Assembly (NCBI GenBank): GCA_046563655.1
Contig: CM102286.1
Coordinates: forward strand, 1 to 64,000
Source: Yuukianura sp. NJ FZ-2021
Taxonomy: Eukaryota
DNA: 64,000 nucleotides
Direction of reading: 5' to 3'
Part shown: piece after piece, positions 36,704 through 48,752 of the stretch
How positions within the stretch are numbered: the stretch's first letter is position 1
Layout: every line of letters starts with the position of its first letter
Notes under the pieces: model-generated
The model's input: the letters and a program-made list of their open reading frames with translations, nothing else
Told to the model about the DNA's origin: nothing
The model's database searches: none
Translations under genes and position numbers: made by a program

Positions 36704-39700
36704 TGAAACACAAAATTAAAAAGTGAAACGACCAACCCACATGCACATTCCTCCATGTCGCAGTCTCAACTGAATCACACTCCAACAAAAGTTCAAACAA
36801 TCCCTTTGTTTAGCTGTCTTTAAAATCCGCTCAATGAAAAGTGTGAATCCGTTTAGGATTTGGAGAAATCGAAGGATGCTTAAGCCCTGGAATGATTTGA
36901 AAGAGACGTTGGCTCAAAGAGGCTTAAGATTGGAGCTTTCTCTTTGTGCTTTCTCTCCCTTAACACGAGGGGAAGAGGAGTAATGACGAATGGGATTTAG
37001 TCTCCCCTCAACTTCAAAAAGAAACCTCTGCATTCATTCACCTACACCATGGTCCACAAATATTTCAAACATCTCCACACTACTCACCCCTCTTCCGTTC
37101 CTTTCTCCTTGTGAATCAGAGTGTACCTTAAAAGTAAGAATTGGATGTTTAAGAACATGAAAAGAACATGAGGGGGAATGGAGAAGAGAGGAATTAGACA
37201 CTTTCTCGCTCGCTTTCTCCTTCCCTAGCTATGGAATTACAAATGTCCAGTTATTGAGAACTTGAGCAATGAATCAATTACTCCCATTGTCTCCACACGA
37301 ACACCACTCTCCACTTTCACTTCTTCCCAACTTCCACGTTAAACAATGGAACTTCAAAACTAAAGTTTCCTCTTCCCCCGGGGAGGAAAGTTGGAGTTGC
37401 ATGAGAATGGATGATGAAAGTATAGTTGGGAGTTGATCTCTGTTCTCCAATGAATTATGTCTCTCCACGTCTCCCTAATCCCAACAGAAACACAACTACT
37501 TTCACCAAATCCACAAACACAGGTAGAGAAAGTATGCTCCACTTGTCTCCCTCCACATCTCTCTACACTATTTACGTCAACTTCTGACAGAGACCAAGGC
37601 AAAACTTTCTTCCTAAACTCATCCCCTCACTTTCTCCGACAGGAAAAGACAGTTCCACTCCAGTCACAAACTAAAAACCAAGAGTCAGAGACAGGAAAAG
37701 AAAAAGTAGAAAATGATGTACGTAGAGATGCAAGATGTGAATCTGCTTTCCGAGATACGACAGAATAACAGTGTAAAACTTTGTGCAATTCCCCCCATTT
37801 TCATTTCAAATGAGGACTAAAAGTTTCATCTCCGCACTTTCTTCGTTCCAAAGGGAGAAATTTGGCAAGGAGAAAACTCAATTTGGTGGTTTGGCCAAAA
37901 GAATGAAAAGCGTGGAATTTGTTGGTTGTTAGATAAGGTTTGGTGCGACATTGAAAGGAAAAAACCGCAATAAATTGAAACGTCGCCAGCATTGGTCGTT
38001 GGAGGCTGAGAAATGGGAATGGTGACTAAGCGACTCGACCTGTCACACACAGACGCTGTCAAGGGAGTGACCCAACAACAAACTACGAATTCCTCCGCTC
38101 AAAACTCAATCCACTTTCTAATTTCAACTTCCTCCTTCCTCCAACTTTTCCCAAGAAGTTTTAGGAAAATAAACAAACGTTGATCCTAACTGAGAAAAGG
38201 AGAGTTTGTGCATGAAAATATGCAGAGATTCATAAAATGAGAAAATTGAATTCCACGTCTTGAAGGATTCCCCGGAGACAATGCCTTTGTTTCAAGGACC
38301 ACTTTCTCTTTGTTCTTTTGTTTTGAATGGACCTTGAGACAAATGGGACTCCAGTTCAATTCCGCCTTCCAGAACTCCTTAAAAAAACAATGCACAAAGA
38401 AGATGAAAAGATGAGCTTACCGAGTCTTCCGAAACTCCTGGAGAGTCTCTTCTTCAGTTTCTGGACACGCGACAGTCCCTTCTTCGTCTCACACATCGTC
38501 ACGCCCACTGGAAAACAAACAGAAGTTGATCAATTTTCCACAAATGTAAAATGCACAGTGGCTGGAACTAAAGTTGGCATTCTTCCGTCGGCAAAGTGCC
38601 ACCAAACCACCTTGAACCACCAATAAAAACACTTTCTTGGCAACAAGTCTCATCTTGAGTCTACACTCTCCTTGGCCCACACTTTTAATCACAAAACTCA
38701 AGGAGAAAACACAGATCCATGTTTCTCTTTTAAATTTTGAAGGTGGACACTTTGACACTGACCTCCAGAAATGAAACTGAACATAAACCGCAGAAAGAGT
38801 GGAATGTGTCTGAATTTAGAATGTTACATTGGAAGTTGTTAACGGGAAACATTAAGGATGTGTACGAGGGTGAGGAATGTCGGAATTCTTTTCAAGGGAA
38901 GTTGAAAATGCGACAGGGGAAGGCGGAAGTCTTGATTTGTGTCTTTGGCGGGGGAAGAGCTGGAAGATTCAAATGACAGAGAAGATGGTGGGTTTTGGGA
39001 ATGACATTCATACAATATTCAGAGGACTTTTCCACTTTCCAGCCCAAAAGCCACAGAGACAGCCAAGGGAGGAGAATTATGAAGAATTTAAAAATAAAGT
39101 ATGAATAAATCTCCCTTAATTTCAATATTTCCTTCCTTTCTCCCATAAAAAACACATTCTGACTTTCTCTACCTTTCCCCTCTCTTTCTCCATTCGGAAG
39201 ATGGTGGAAGACGCTGATTGCTTTTGGCGGAACCAATATCCTTGGAATCGGCGGAGAAAAGACAAGAGTGGCCCAGTGAGGAAAGGGCCATGATTAAAAC
39301 CGGGAGTGAAATGACTTTCCGAATCCAATCTTCTCCAGATTTCAATCTTCCTTGTTTCTTTTGAGGTAAAGCAGATGTGTGTTGTAATTTGGTTGTTGTG
39401 GGTATTGGAAGTGGAGGAATTTATCGTTATGTTCCTAATAGTTGAAGGGGGGATTTTATGACTAAAGTTTCCTCCCCCCTCAAGTGTAAGTGGAAAGTGA
39501 TCTGTGGGAGCGTGACTCGTGCCTCTAAATAAGAAAGTGGAAAACAATAAATCCCCACCTGCCCAACACAGCATCTCTGGAGGGGGGCCCTTGAGTGGAC
39601 TTGAACTTGCGCAGTCTCTAATCCCTTGTGTAGTTGTGAGGGATCTTAGAAATGAGTCCTTAGGGGTACTTGGGAGGATTCTTTGATGAGTCTTAATTAA

Positions 39701-41439
39701 TTAGCGTCATTTGCATCTCCATAGCCTAGCAACCACTCCTAGTCCCACCATGACTCATTCTAAAGTTGCCGATTCGTGAAATTGGAAATGAAAAGTCCCC
39801 CTCCCACTTCCACTCTTCCTCAAATCAAAACCAAAAGTCCAAGGGCGACAGTGACTCAGCCACCAAACCCAAGGCTACAAAAGACTCAAGATCTTAAGTG
39901 AATGTGCTTCTGAATTAATTTAGCATTCTGACAACTGAAAACCTCCTCTTAAACTGACTGACGAATGGAAGAATGGAACCTACTTTCCTACTTTTGATGT
40001 GCTTACCCGTCATTGTTTTAAACTGATCCAAGTAGCAACTCTTTTGTACAACTTCACCTTGGTCCTGGGATTCCTTGAGGAAAAGGAAGTTGGAGATGCT
40101 GTACATTGGACCCCTCACTCTCACTTTCTCTCAATACTTTCACTTCAACTTAAGTGGGACTACAGATGAGGAGATCATTCCGAGCACAAGGCAGAGAAGC
40201 GACTGACGTGAGTGGAGGGGAAAGTGTCTCCTCCTAACTTCTTTCGCTCCTTCTGCACATGAGCAACCAAAGCCAGATCCCCACTCACTCCTCACCACAC
40301 TTAGCACGATCATCCTGACGCAGAGGAATTCCAACCAAAAGGTCAAGGTCAACCACGCTCTATGCATCCATGCTTAATTTCCCTATACAAAGTACCCTCT
40401 GCCCTCTACCTTCATTTTCTACTTTCCCCATTCAATTCCATGCCATTCAACCTAACTTTTAAAATGTATCCAACTAACCACATTCAAAAACGCGAATCTA
40501 ACGTGGGTTGATTAGAATAAAACTTACGATTCGTCATTGAAGTTCCGGAATGTGAGTAGGAATCGCTCAAGTGTGACATCAAACGCAATTTGTTGAGAGC
40601 AGAAGTTGGCTTAGCGAAGGTGGAGATGTGTGGAGTGTGTGACTGGTCAGTCGTCGCTTGAATCCTCTGGAAATGGACTTGACATGGCAGCAGTTGCTGT
40701 CATTGTGCCTAACCAGTAACCTAGCTTGAGGTTTGTTAGATATTGAATCCTAGTTTCTTCATGCAGTTGCGATGGGCTTCTATCAATGCTGTACAGTTGT
40801 CCTCTCCATGCTCCACGATACTAAAAAGTAAACCAAACATGTTCAATTACTAAAACTCAGCGATGCTGTCTGCGTTAATTAAGCTAAAACTTCTCAATTA
40901 CCAGGCATCTCTGACTCGTTTGGTTTCAGAACAGGCAAAACAGGATTTGCGAGGTTTGTTCTATGATGAGTTCGAGTTCTTCGGATCTTCAGTGGTTCGC
41001 GTTGACCTTGTAAAACAAAACAAAAATTAAGTATTTCGGCTAAACATGCCTAAGTTAAGCCAGGAATTGGAGCGTATACTAATCGTTTGACTTGTTCTTA
41101 CCCCAGCATTATTCCATAAGCACCGGTGCAGTGCAAATCAATTGTTTTTATCACAATTAAACTTCAAAAGCACTGTGCTTGTCCCCCTCCTCAGCTGTTA
41201 AAATAACATTTTAAATTCAAAGTTCAAAAATACACAATTTAGAGGGAACTGTGGAGGCTATTCTTGCAACACTGTCACCCACTTGATAGAAGCATAGCAT
41301 ATGGGCATTCAAACAAAAATTTAATTAGCAAAACTAATAAATTAACTAAAATAAAGCTCAAACAATTAACGTCCTTCTTTAGAGATTTATTTTAATTAAA
41401 AACCGTCAACTTACAACTGGTTCTTTATTACTAACTTAA

Positions 41440-42600
41440 TTATGCTAGGTTTCTATTTTTTGAAAGTGTCCATATGCGAAGGCTAGAAAGGCTGAAGAGA
41501 AAGTCCCTCTTTGTTGAGCCCAATTATTTATCTGGAATTTAAAATTATGGAGTTGGCGCCAATTCCGACAAGCGTCCTGCCTTCCTTATGAGTATCAAAA
41601 TAACCTCTGGCTTTGACAGGAGAAAGTTATTTGTCAATTGGAAAGTTGTGCAAATTACTTGACCTTTAACGATTTATTTGGAACTTAAATGACTGTCGAA
41701 CAGATTGAAACAGTTTCCACAAAGGTATTTGTGGTCTCTTATCCAGAAGAAACACTCACTTCAACATCAATTCTTTGTTTTCGCTTAAATAACTCCATTT
41801 TCAAAACTGGAACCAAAACCACGAAGAAAGGTAGCGAAAACAATGGAGAGAAACTGAAATTGAAGAGATTTTGACCTTTGACTTTGATTAAACAACCGAA
41901 CATGAAAGTAGAACTTGTGTTTTTAGAGTGGACGTAACCAAAACAGAAAATAAAGTTGAGTCAACTCACAGAAAGTCTCCCTGTTCTCAGGAACTTTTCC
42001 CGTTCTCACACTCAAAAATTGAAGCCTTCTTTATGTGATGATGTTGGAAAAGCATGAAAAATGACTTTTTACATAAGAAAATTGTTGCAACTGTCAAGAA
42101 ACAACAACTTTAGCATTAATTGGCCTTTTCAGCCCTGTTTTCGGTTAAATAATTTGAAAAAAAAAACAACAACATTTTTTTAACTTTCATAAGAAAAGGA
42201 CAAAGGAAGTTTAAGAAAAGGAAGCAGAAAAAATGGAAATGAAAGGTTTGTAGAACTTTTACTTAGATTTAAGAAGGGAAACTGTATGGAGAAGATGCAA
42301 GTTTAGTATACCAAAACCAAAATAAAATTGAAGTGGATTCTGCCTGTTCTGAGGAACTTTCTCCATTTTTCTTAACAAAATGTTTTGTTTTCGGGGGTTT
42401 GGAGTTGGGATGGTCCCCACATGCATTTTTTCCATTGCCACCCACTCCCTCCCCCACCATCCAACTCCAAAAGAGTAGAATCTTCCTTCGTTCTACTCCT
42501 TTCGGCTTCATATAAAAGGGAAGCTCAACAAATTCTTTTCATTCACTTTTTGTTGTCGTTCGAGAGATGAAGGAAGAGGAGTCACAGTTTCCTTATGTAA
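41440..42600 (+). repeat. Cassette copy 1: module U (~1 kb) + module A (hairpins, TATA at 42511, Inr ~42539)
   Basis: Colinear similarity with 44400-45600 and 54925-55880, e.g. AGTTGGCGCC..CTTATGAG..AGGAGAAAGTTATT..AATTGGAAAGTTGTGCAAATTAC (copies 1-2), ATTGGCCTTTT.AGC, and TTGGAGTTGGGATGGTCCCC..CATCCAACTCCAAAAGAGTA..TATAAAAGGGAAGCTCA. Confidence 0.85.
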
Positions 42601-42749
42601 ACAAAGACAATCTGCTCCCTCTTCAGTTCTTTTTAATTGTCATCTCCAATTAACTTCCATTTTAGTTAATTGATCGATTGAATTATCAATCAAAAGATCC
42701 AGGGAATAGATGCATCAAAACATTGTAATTTTGAATTTGTGAAAAGATG

Positions 42750-43130
42750 TTGGGGGTTTGGAGTTGGGATGGTCCCTGCATGCATTTTTTTCATTGCCAC
42801 CCACTCCCTCCCCCAACATCCAACTCCAAAAGAGTAAAACACTGCTTCGTTCTACTCCTTCCGTCTTCATATAAATGGGAAGCTCAACCAATTCTCTCCT
42901 CCTCTGAACTATTTATGTGAATCTCAACCCCTGGTGCGGACCGCCGATGTAACAAGCTGCTTTTACAACTTTTGTTTTTGTGATTTCGTCTCAAGTTCAA
43001 AGTCAACCTTGAGGCTAATCCTCTGAAAACAACAGAAACTGCTGACGATTATCGCAGCATTAGACGCCGCTACGATTTGAACTTGAGACGAAATTGCGGG
43101 AAATCTTTTCAAAATTTCAAAAGTCAAAAT
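42750..43130. repeat. Second module A (TATA at 42870) joined to a partial reverse module B and palindrome C (42983-43094)
   Basis: Motif identity with the other copies. Perfect 19-bp IR ATTTCGTCTCAAGTTCAAA / TTTGAACTTGAGACGAAAT. Confidence 0.8.
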
Positions 43131-43293
43131 CAAAAAAAACAACTAAAGATCCAGATCAAATTCTAATTCACCAGCTAATAATTTGAGGGAAGGAAGTGAA
43201 CATTAACAATTTTAGTTATAACTCTGATGTGACGTTTGACCTAGGACTGACCTCTACTGCTTGGGTCAACGTATCTACACAAGTACAGCGACC

Positions 43294-43627
43294 ATGCTAA
43301 CTGCCAATTGGAATGGATGGCTAAAAGACCTCGGTCCCTGTCCCTGGACACTGCGGACGACATATCGCTACCGTTCGACCCAGCGCCTTGTGTATTCGGA
43401 ATTCGGTGACCCAGCTCAAGTACTCCGCTTCGAAGACAACGTCGACATTGGTACAGGGAAGGACCGGGTAAGGGCACTTGTCTTCGCAAAAAAAAACAAA
43501 CAAATCAGTGTTTTTGTTTTAACAATCCTTTTCTTCTGAGTTTCAGCTTGTTGTGAAGATGCTTGGCAGTCCAGTGAATCCGGCGTACATCAACACAATC
43601 CAGGGGAATTATCCCATCAAACCCTAA
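43294..43627 (+). pseudogene. MECR: Mitochondrial trans-2-enoyl-CoA reductase 5' fragment
   Basis: Exons 43294-43467 and 43547-43627 give ...LVYSEFGDPAQVLRFE...|LVVKMLGSPVNPAYINTIQGNYPIKP*. The rest of the gene is absent. Confidence 0.8.
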
Positions 43628-43656
43628 GTATTTCCTATTTTCCGTCTACTTCCCAG

Positions 43657-44100
43657 GGACTTGTTGCTTGGATTGGAAACTTGGTCAACAGTGTCACTAG
43701 CGGCTCTTCAGCCACTTCTGTTGGGAGCGAAGATGAGGCTTTGAATGCAAAATGCGAGGACCAAGCGAAAGAGATCTTCCGAGTGGATGACAAGAAACCA
43801 ACTTGCAAAATGCAAGTTCGCCTTCTGGATGGAAAGAAGTAAGAATGTCTTTGCATAACCAACGAAAGAAACAATGAAATTAGTGACATGTTGTTTATTA
43901 ACAGGATGTCTGTGGTGTTGAACAACACGGTGACTGTGGAACAACTCCGCCAATACATCACCATTGCTCGGCCATCGCTCGCTGAAGTGCCGTTTCGCCT
44001 TTTCGCTGGTCATCCAAGCAAGGCCATTGAAGATGAGACAGCAACGTTGGAAGACGCCACCTTGGCAAACGCCGTGATTCTCCTCCAACAAGCCAAATGA
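43657..44100 (+). pseudogene. p47/NSFL1C-family UBX domain 3' fragment
   Basis: FRVDDKKPTCKMQVRLLDGKK|MSVVLNNTVTVEQLRQYITIARP...FRLFAGHPSKAIEDETATLEDATLANAVILLQ* resembles the p47-type UBX domain. No UBA or SEP exons upstream. Confidence 0.75.
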
Positions 44101-44399
44101 TTCAAACAATGCTGCCTTTGAATCAAACACAATTCCAATTTTTCAAAAAAAAAAGTTAAATATGAAACAGCACTTGCCCAACGAATTTCACACTTATTAG
44201 ACGACTATCCTTTTCGTTTTCATTCTTAAATTGCAAAGTATTTCAATCAAAATGGATTATCCTTTTAAGCGGTTTTCGTTGTTTTGTTCAACTCCTCAGG
44301 ATTGGGAAATAAAATTTTAATTTGTTTCACTTACGATCATCACAGAACCATTACGTTTTACTAAAACTAATTAAGTTTGAGTGGATTCTTCGCAGTTTT

Positions 44400-45600
44400 C
44401 TAGGTTGTCTTTCGTTTGTATTTTTTAAAGATGCCCATATGTGAAGTTATGAAGGGTGCACAGAAAAACTGTTTGTTGGACTGTTTATTTTTGTTTAATT
44501 TTAAATTGAGTAGTTGGCGCCTTTGTTGCTCGGAAGGCGTCTTGTCTTCTTATGAGGACCAAAAACGCCTTCAAGGAGAAAGTTATTTCGCCAATTGGAA
44601 AGTTGTGCAAATTACGAATCTTTAACGGTTAATTTGGTACTGAAAATGGCGGTTGATCAGAATGAAACAACTTTCATTAGTGTAGTCCATCTTTATTCAC
44701 CACAAGAAACACTTCTTTTAACATAACTTCCATTTTACATGCTTAGATTTTGATTAAAGTGAATTTTCAAACAGAAACTAAAACTAGGAAGAAAGTTGGT
44801 GAAAATAATGCAAAGAAAGTGCAAATTGGAAAGCTTTTGCCCTTTGATTTTGTTGGGACAAGAGAAAATGTGTGGAGGATTTGTGTTTTGAGAGTGGACG
44901 AAAGTGAAACTGAGAATAAAGTGGAGTCAACTCTCATGGACTCTCCCTGTTCTCACCAACTTTCTGTGCTTTTCACACTCAAAAAATTCAAGCTTTTTTG
45001 ACGAAATAATGAAGGAAAATCATTACAATTGACTTTTTACGCAAGAAAATTGCTACAACTGATGTTCTGTTTTTTTTTACAAGAAAACAACACTAATTTC
45101 CTCATGAATTGGCCTTTTTAGCTCTGTTTTGGGTTAAATAACCCGAAAAATTCTTGTTTTTAACTTTCATACGAAAAGTACAAAGAAAGTTGGAGAAAGG
45201 ATGTAGGAAAAGTGAAATTAAAAAGCTTTTTGAGCTTTTATTTAGATTTGAGAAGCAAAAGTGCATGGAGAAGATGCGAGTTTGGTGGCCAAAAACCAAA
45301 ATAAAATTGAAGTAGAGTGAACTCCAATGTATTCTGCCTGTTCTGAGGAACTTTCTCTGTTTTTCCACACAAAAAGTTGGAATTTTGGGGGTTTGGAGTT
45401 GGGATGGTCCCCACATGCATTTTTTCCATTGCCACCCACTCCCTCCCCCAACATCCAACTCCAAAAGAGTAGAATCTTCCTTCGTTCTACTCCTTTCGGC
45501 TTCATATAAAAGGGAAGCTCAACAAATTCTTTTCATTCACTTTTGTGGTCTTGTACGGGAGATGAAAGAAGAGGAGACAGTTTCCTTATGTGAACAAACA
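44400..45600 (+). repeat. Cassette copy 2: module U + module A (TATA at 45505, Inr ~45533)
   Basis: Module A is near-identical to 42399-42548, and U is colinear with copy 1. Confidence 0.85.
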
Positions 45601-45754
45601 TCACGTTTCTTCATCACTTATTTTTAATTTATGCGTGAGAAAGTTGTTAGAAGTGTTAGGTATTTTTATTTGTATTTATATTTAATGTATTTGAAAATTA
45701 AGTTAATTACTCATTAAATCACTCATTAACTTGAGTGTCATTTTGCTTCTTCAA

Positions 45755-46080
45755 GTTGTTGACTGAGGTGATTTTGGTTTTGTGTTTCCTTTTATATGAG
45801 AAGGAGAGGAGTAACAAGTTACTCTTCGAGGAGTTGGATCCAGCTCGCTCGAAGTATTTATGTGAATCTCATCCCGGGTGCGGACTCCGAGCGAACAAGC
45901 TGCTTTTACAACTTTTGTTTTTGTCCTTTCGTCTCAACTGCAATCCAAGTCATGTTAAAGGCTAATCCTCTGAAAATAGCAGAAACTGCTGACGGTTATC
46001 TCAGTATTCGTCAATTTTGCAACTTGAACTTGAGACAAAAGTGCGGGAACTCTTTTCAAAAATCCAAAAGTCAAAAATAA
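45755..46080 (-). promoter_or_regulatory. Reverse module B (TATA 45790-45796, Inr GACTGA at 45761) + palindrome C
   Basis: The reverse complement aligns to the maelstrom-upstream region 16478-16622, including CCTCAGTC.ACAAC. The C core and GCGGGAA arm lie at ~45960-46052. Confidence 0.8.
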
Positions 46081-46249
46081 AATTAAACTTGCAGCTGGAA
46101 GATCAAATTAAATTGAAAAAGAAGAAGAGCTAGAGGCAAGTCAATTTAATTTTAATTAACGTAATCAATGATTAAGTTAATTAGTGCTTAACTCCTCTTC
46201 CTAATTCGAAGGCCCATCAGTTGATACGTGATTTGACAACTATAGTGGA

Positions 46250-46915
46250 ATGATTGACGTGCGGGACATTCTTGACCTGGGCAATGAGGTCCCTGGGTCA
46301 TCTGTGCAGAAGAAGCCGCAACGGAAGGTAAACAACCGCTTAAAATATTGTGGATGTTCTTTAATTAGCTAAGTTATACCTTAATTAGTCTAAACTTCAG
46401 TCAAAGTAACTAGTTTCTTTGTTGTTTTGTAGTCGGACGTTGTGTTCAAGCGTCCGGAAGGCATGCCAAGGGAGTTGTATGCTCTACTATGTGCTGACGG
46501 TGGAAAGAACCAGGAACTAGCTCCATTGTTGCCAACGGATATCACAGGAGGTTACAAACAGAAAGTTAATCTAGGAGCCAAGAAAGTGCGGCACTGGAAG
46601 TGGACGCCTTTTACAAATCCAGGACGAACCGACGGAGCAGTATTTTATCACTGGAGACGAGTGGGAGAAGAGACTAGAGAGTATCCATTTGCCAAATTCA
46701 ACAAAGTAACTCTGAACTACTAATAACTTAATTAAATAATTAACTTCAGTTCTCAATTAACTAAATTGTTTTCATGTTAACAGGAGATTCCGATCTTGAA
46801 GTACTCAGAGGCCGAGTACTCGAATCATCTGGAGAAAGAAGGGTGGACGAAGGAGGAGACTGATCATCTCTTTGACCTCGCCAGAAGATTCGACCTTAGA
46901 TTCCCCATCATACAC
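46250..46915 (+). pseudogene. DMAP1: DNMT1-associated protein 1 (DMAP1/Eaf2), first three exons only
   Basis: MIDVRDILDL...|FKRPEGMPRELYALL...KVRHWKWTPFTNPGRTDGAVFYHWRR...YPFAKFNK|...YSEAEY...GWTKEETDHLFDLARRFDLRFPIIH. No downstream exons were found; module A follows at 46981. Confidence 0.85.
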
Positions 46916-46974
46916 GTAAGACTCATCCATGGTTTCACTCTTTGATTTCTAATTTTAGTTAACCCCCTAATTTT

Positions 46975-47130
46975 GGGGGTTTGGAGTTGGGATGGTCCCC
47001 ACATGCATTTTTTCCATTGCCACCCACTCCCCCATCATCCAACTCCAAAAGAGTAAAATCCAAAGGAATCCTACTCCTTCCAGCTTCATATAAAAAGGAA
47101 GCTCACATAATTCCTCTCCTTCACTCACGT
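46975..47130 (+). promoter_or_regulatory. Solo module A (TATA at 47089) directly after DMAP1 exon 3
   Basis: TTGGAGTTGGGATGGTCCCCACATGCATTTTTTCCATTGCCACCCACTCC..ATCCAACTCCAAAAGAGTAAAA..CTACTCC..CATATAAAAAGGAAGCTCA..TTCACTC. Confidence 0.8.
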
Positions 47131-48409
47131 CTCTGTCTTGGACGAGGAGAGGAAGGGTTTTTGTGTTGGAGAGATGGCGCTGCAGAGAGAGGGTGACTGG
47201 TGTTGTGTGTGGCTTTTAGTGCAACCGGCGTCTCCTTCATTTGAATTTTCTCCCTCCTTCCTGCCGCATTCGTCTCCTCTTCGTCGTCACTTTTGTTCCT
47301 CTGTCTTCAGCTGTATCCTCTCCTCTCCCGCAAGTAAAGTGTCCGTTACTTTAATTCAAGTTTAATTAACGTTCATCGATTAAGCATTGTTGTTAGTTAG
47401 TAGTTGTTAGTCACAATCTCATGACCATACAAAGTGTCAACTACAGGTAACAACAACTAACAACTAAAGGAACCAAAAGTCATAAGGTCTAACGGTCAAT
47501 GTTTGTTGCTTTGTTTTAGTTGGGACTTGGGAATGGGGCTTTCTAAAAATGGACACCCACATCGTCACCTTTCAAATCGGCATCACCTCTTCCAAATCTT
47601 TTGATCCTGCATCTCTATTCTCCATTTCAGTCGTCGTTCCTCTTGTGCAAACTTTGGCGACGAATCATTCACACCTCTCCATTTCTACTACTTCAATCGT
47701 TGCTCAAGTACTTGGAAGGTAGGACGCGAAGCACTTTTCACATTCCACTTTCCACATTTTGATAACAAGGTAAGGAACACTCTTTTTCATTACTCCTAGT
47801 TGACATTTAGTCATTTGTTTGGGCTTCAATTGGTCATAGTGAGAACCGTTGAGGTCAAACGTAGTTCAAAGGTCAGGTCACTTGGACAAACGTAATTCGG
47901 AAGGGAGGGACTTTACCGGGGTTCAGTCCTTACATGAGGTGCTAAAAATGGAATTGAGATGCTGGGAAGACAAATGGCCCAACACTTGCCATCTTTGTAT
48001 TTGCCAGTGTTTATATTCCATCTTCATTCCTTTAGACTCAATCAATTCAGTTCCAGTGCAGGGTGACACTGGATTCATTTACCTAACGTACACTTCCAAG
48101 ATAGCTAAGAGATTCTTCTCAAAACAACTCACGCATTCCACAGCATCTCGATTCCAAAGTTATTGTATGATTCTGATCCCACGTTATTTTTGTTTTTGGT
48201 TTTAGATAAGTGGCAAGATGCTAACACTTCTATTCTTGCCTAAGTATTTTAAAGTTCAACTGAAGTCTGAAGTTATGTACTTTTGTTTTTGTTTAGAAGG
48301 AGTAGTGTGGCTATGGGGGACTCTGCCTCACTATTTTTAGCTCAGCCGTAGGGACTAGTCGGGAGCAGTATTTGGGAGGGGAAATAGCTTAAAAATGACC
48401 AAATATCAG

Positions 48410-48752
48410 AAACGGTTTGCTTTTTGAATTTTTAGTGGGGGATTTTAAAAGTTCTTTGAAAAACAACTTTTCTGCAGAAAAACTTTTTTTTAATTTTAAA
48501 TTACTTTTCAAACGTTGCTTTTTGAATTTTTAGTGGGGGATTTAAAAAGTTCTTTTAAGAACAACTTTTCTCTAGAGAAACATTTTTAAAAATAATTTTA
48601 GTTACTTCTCAAACGTTGCTTTTTGAATTTTTAGTGGGGATTTAAAAAGTTCTTTTAAAAACAACTTTTCTCTAGAAAAACTTTTTTTTTAAATTTTAAA
48701 TTACTTCTCAAACGTTGCTTTTTGTATTTTTAGTGGGGGATTTAAAAAGTTC
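48410..48752. repeat. ~100-105-bp subterminal tandem repeat (3+ copies)
   Basis: AAACGTTGCTTTTTGAATTTTTAGTGGGGGATTTAAAAAGTTCT recurs. Confidence 0.85.

Noticed and set aside
33720..40500. Many 60-150 aa ORFs inside the CDK14 introns
   Set aside because: No recognisable domains apart from the CDK14 exons; the composition looks intronic.
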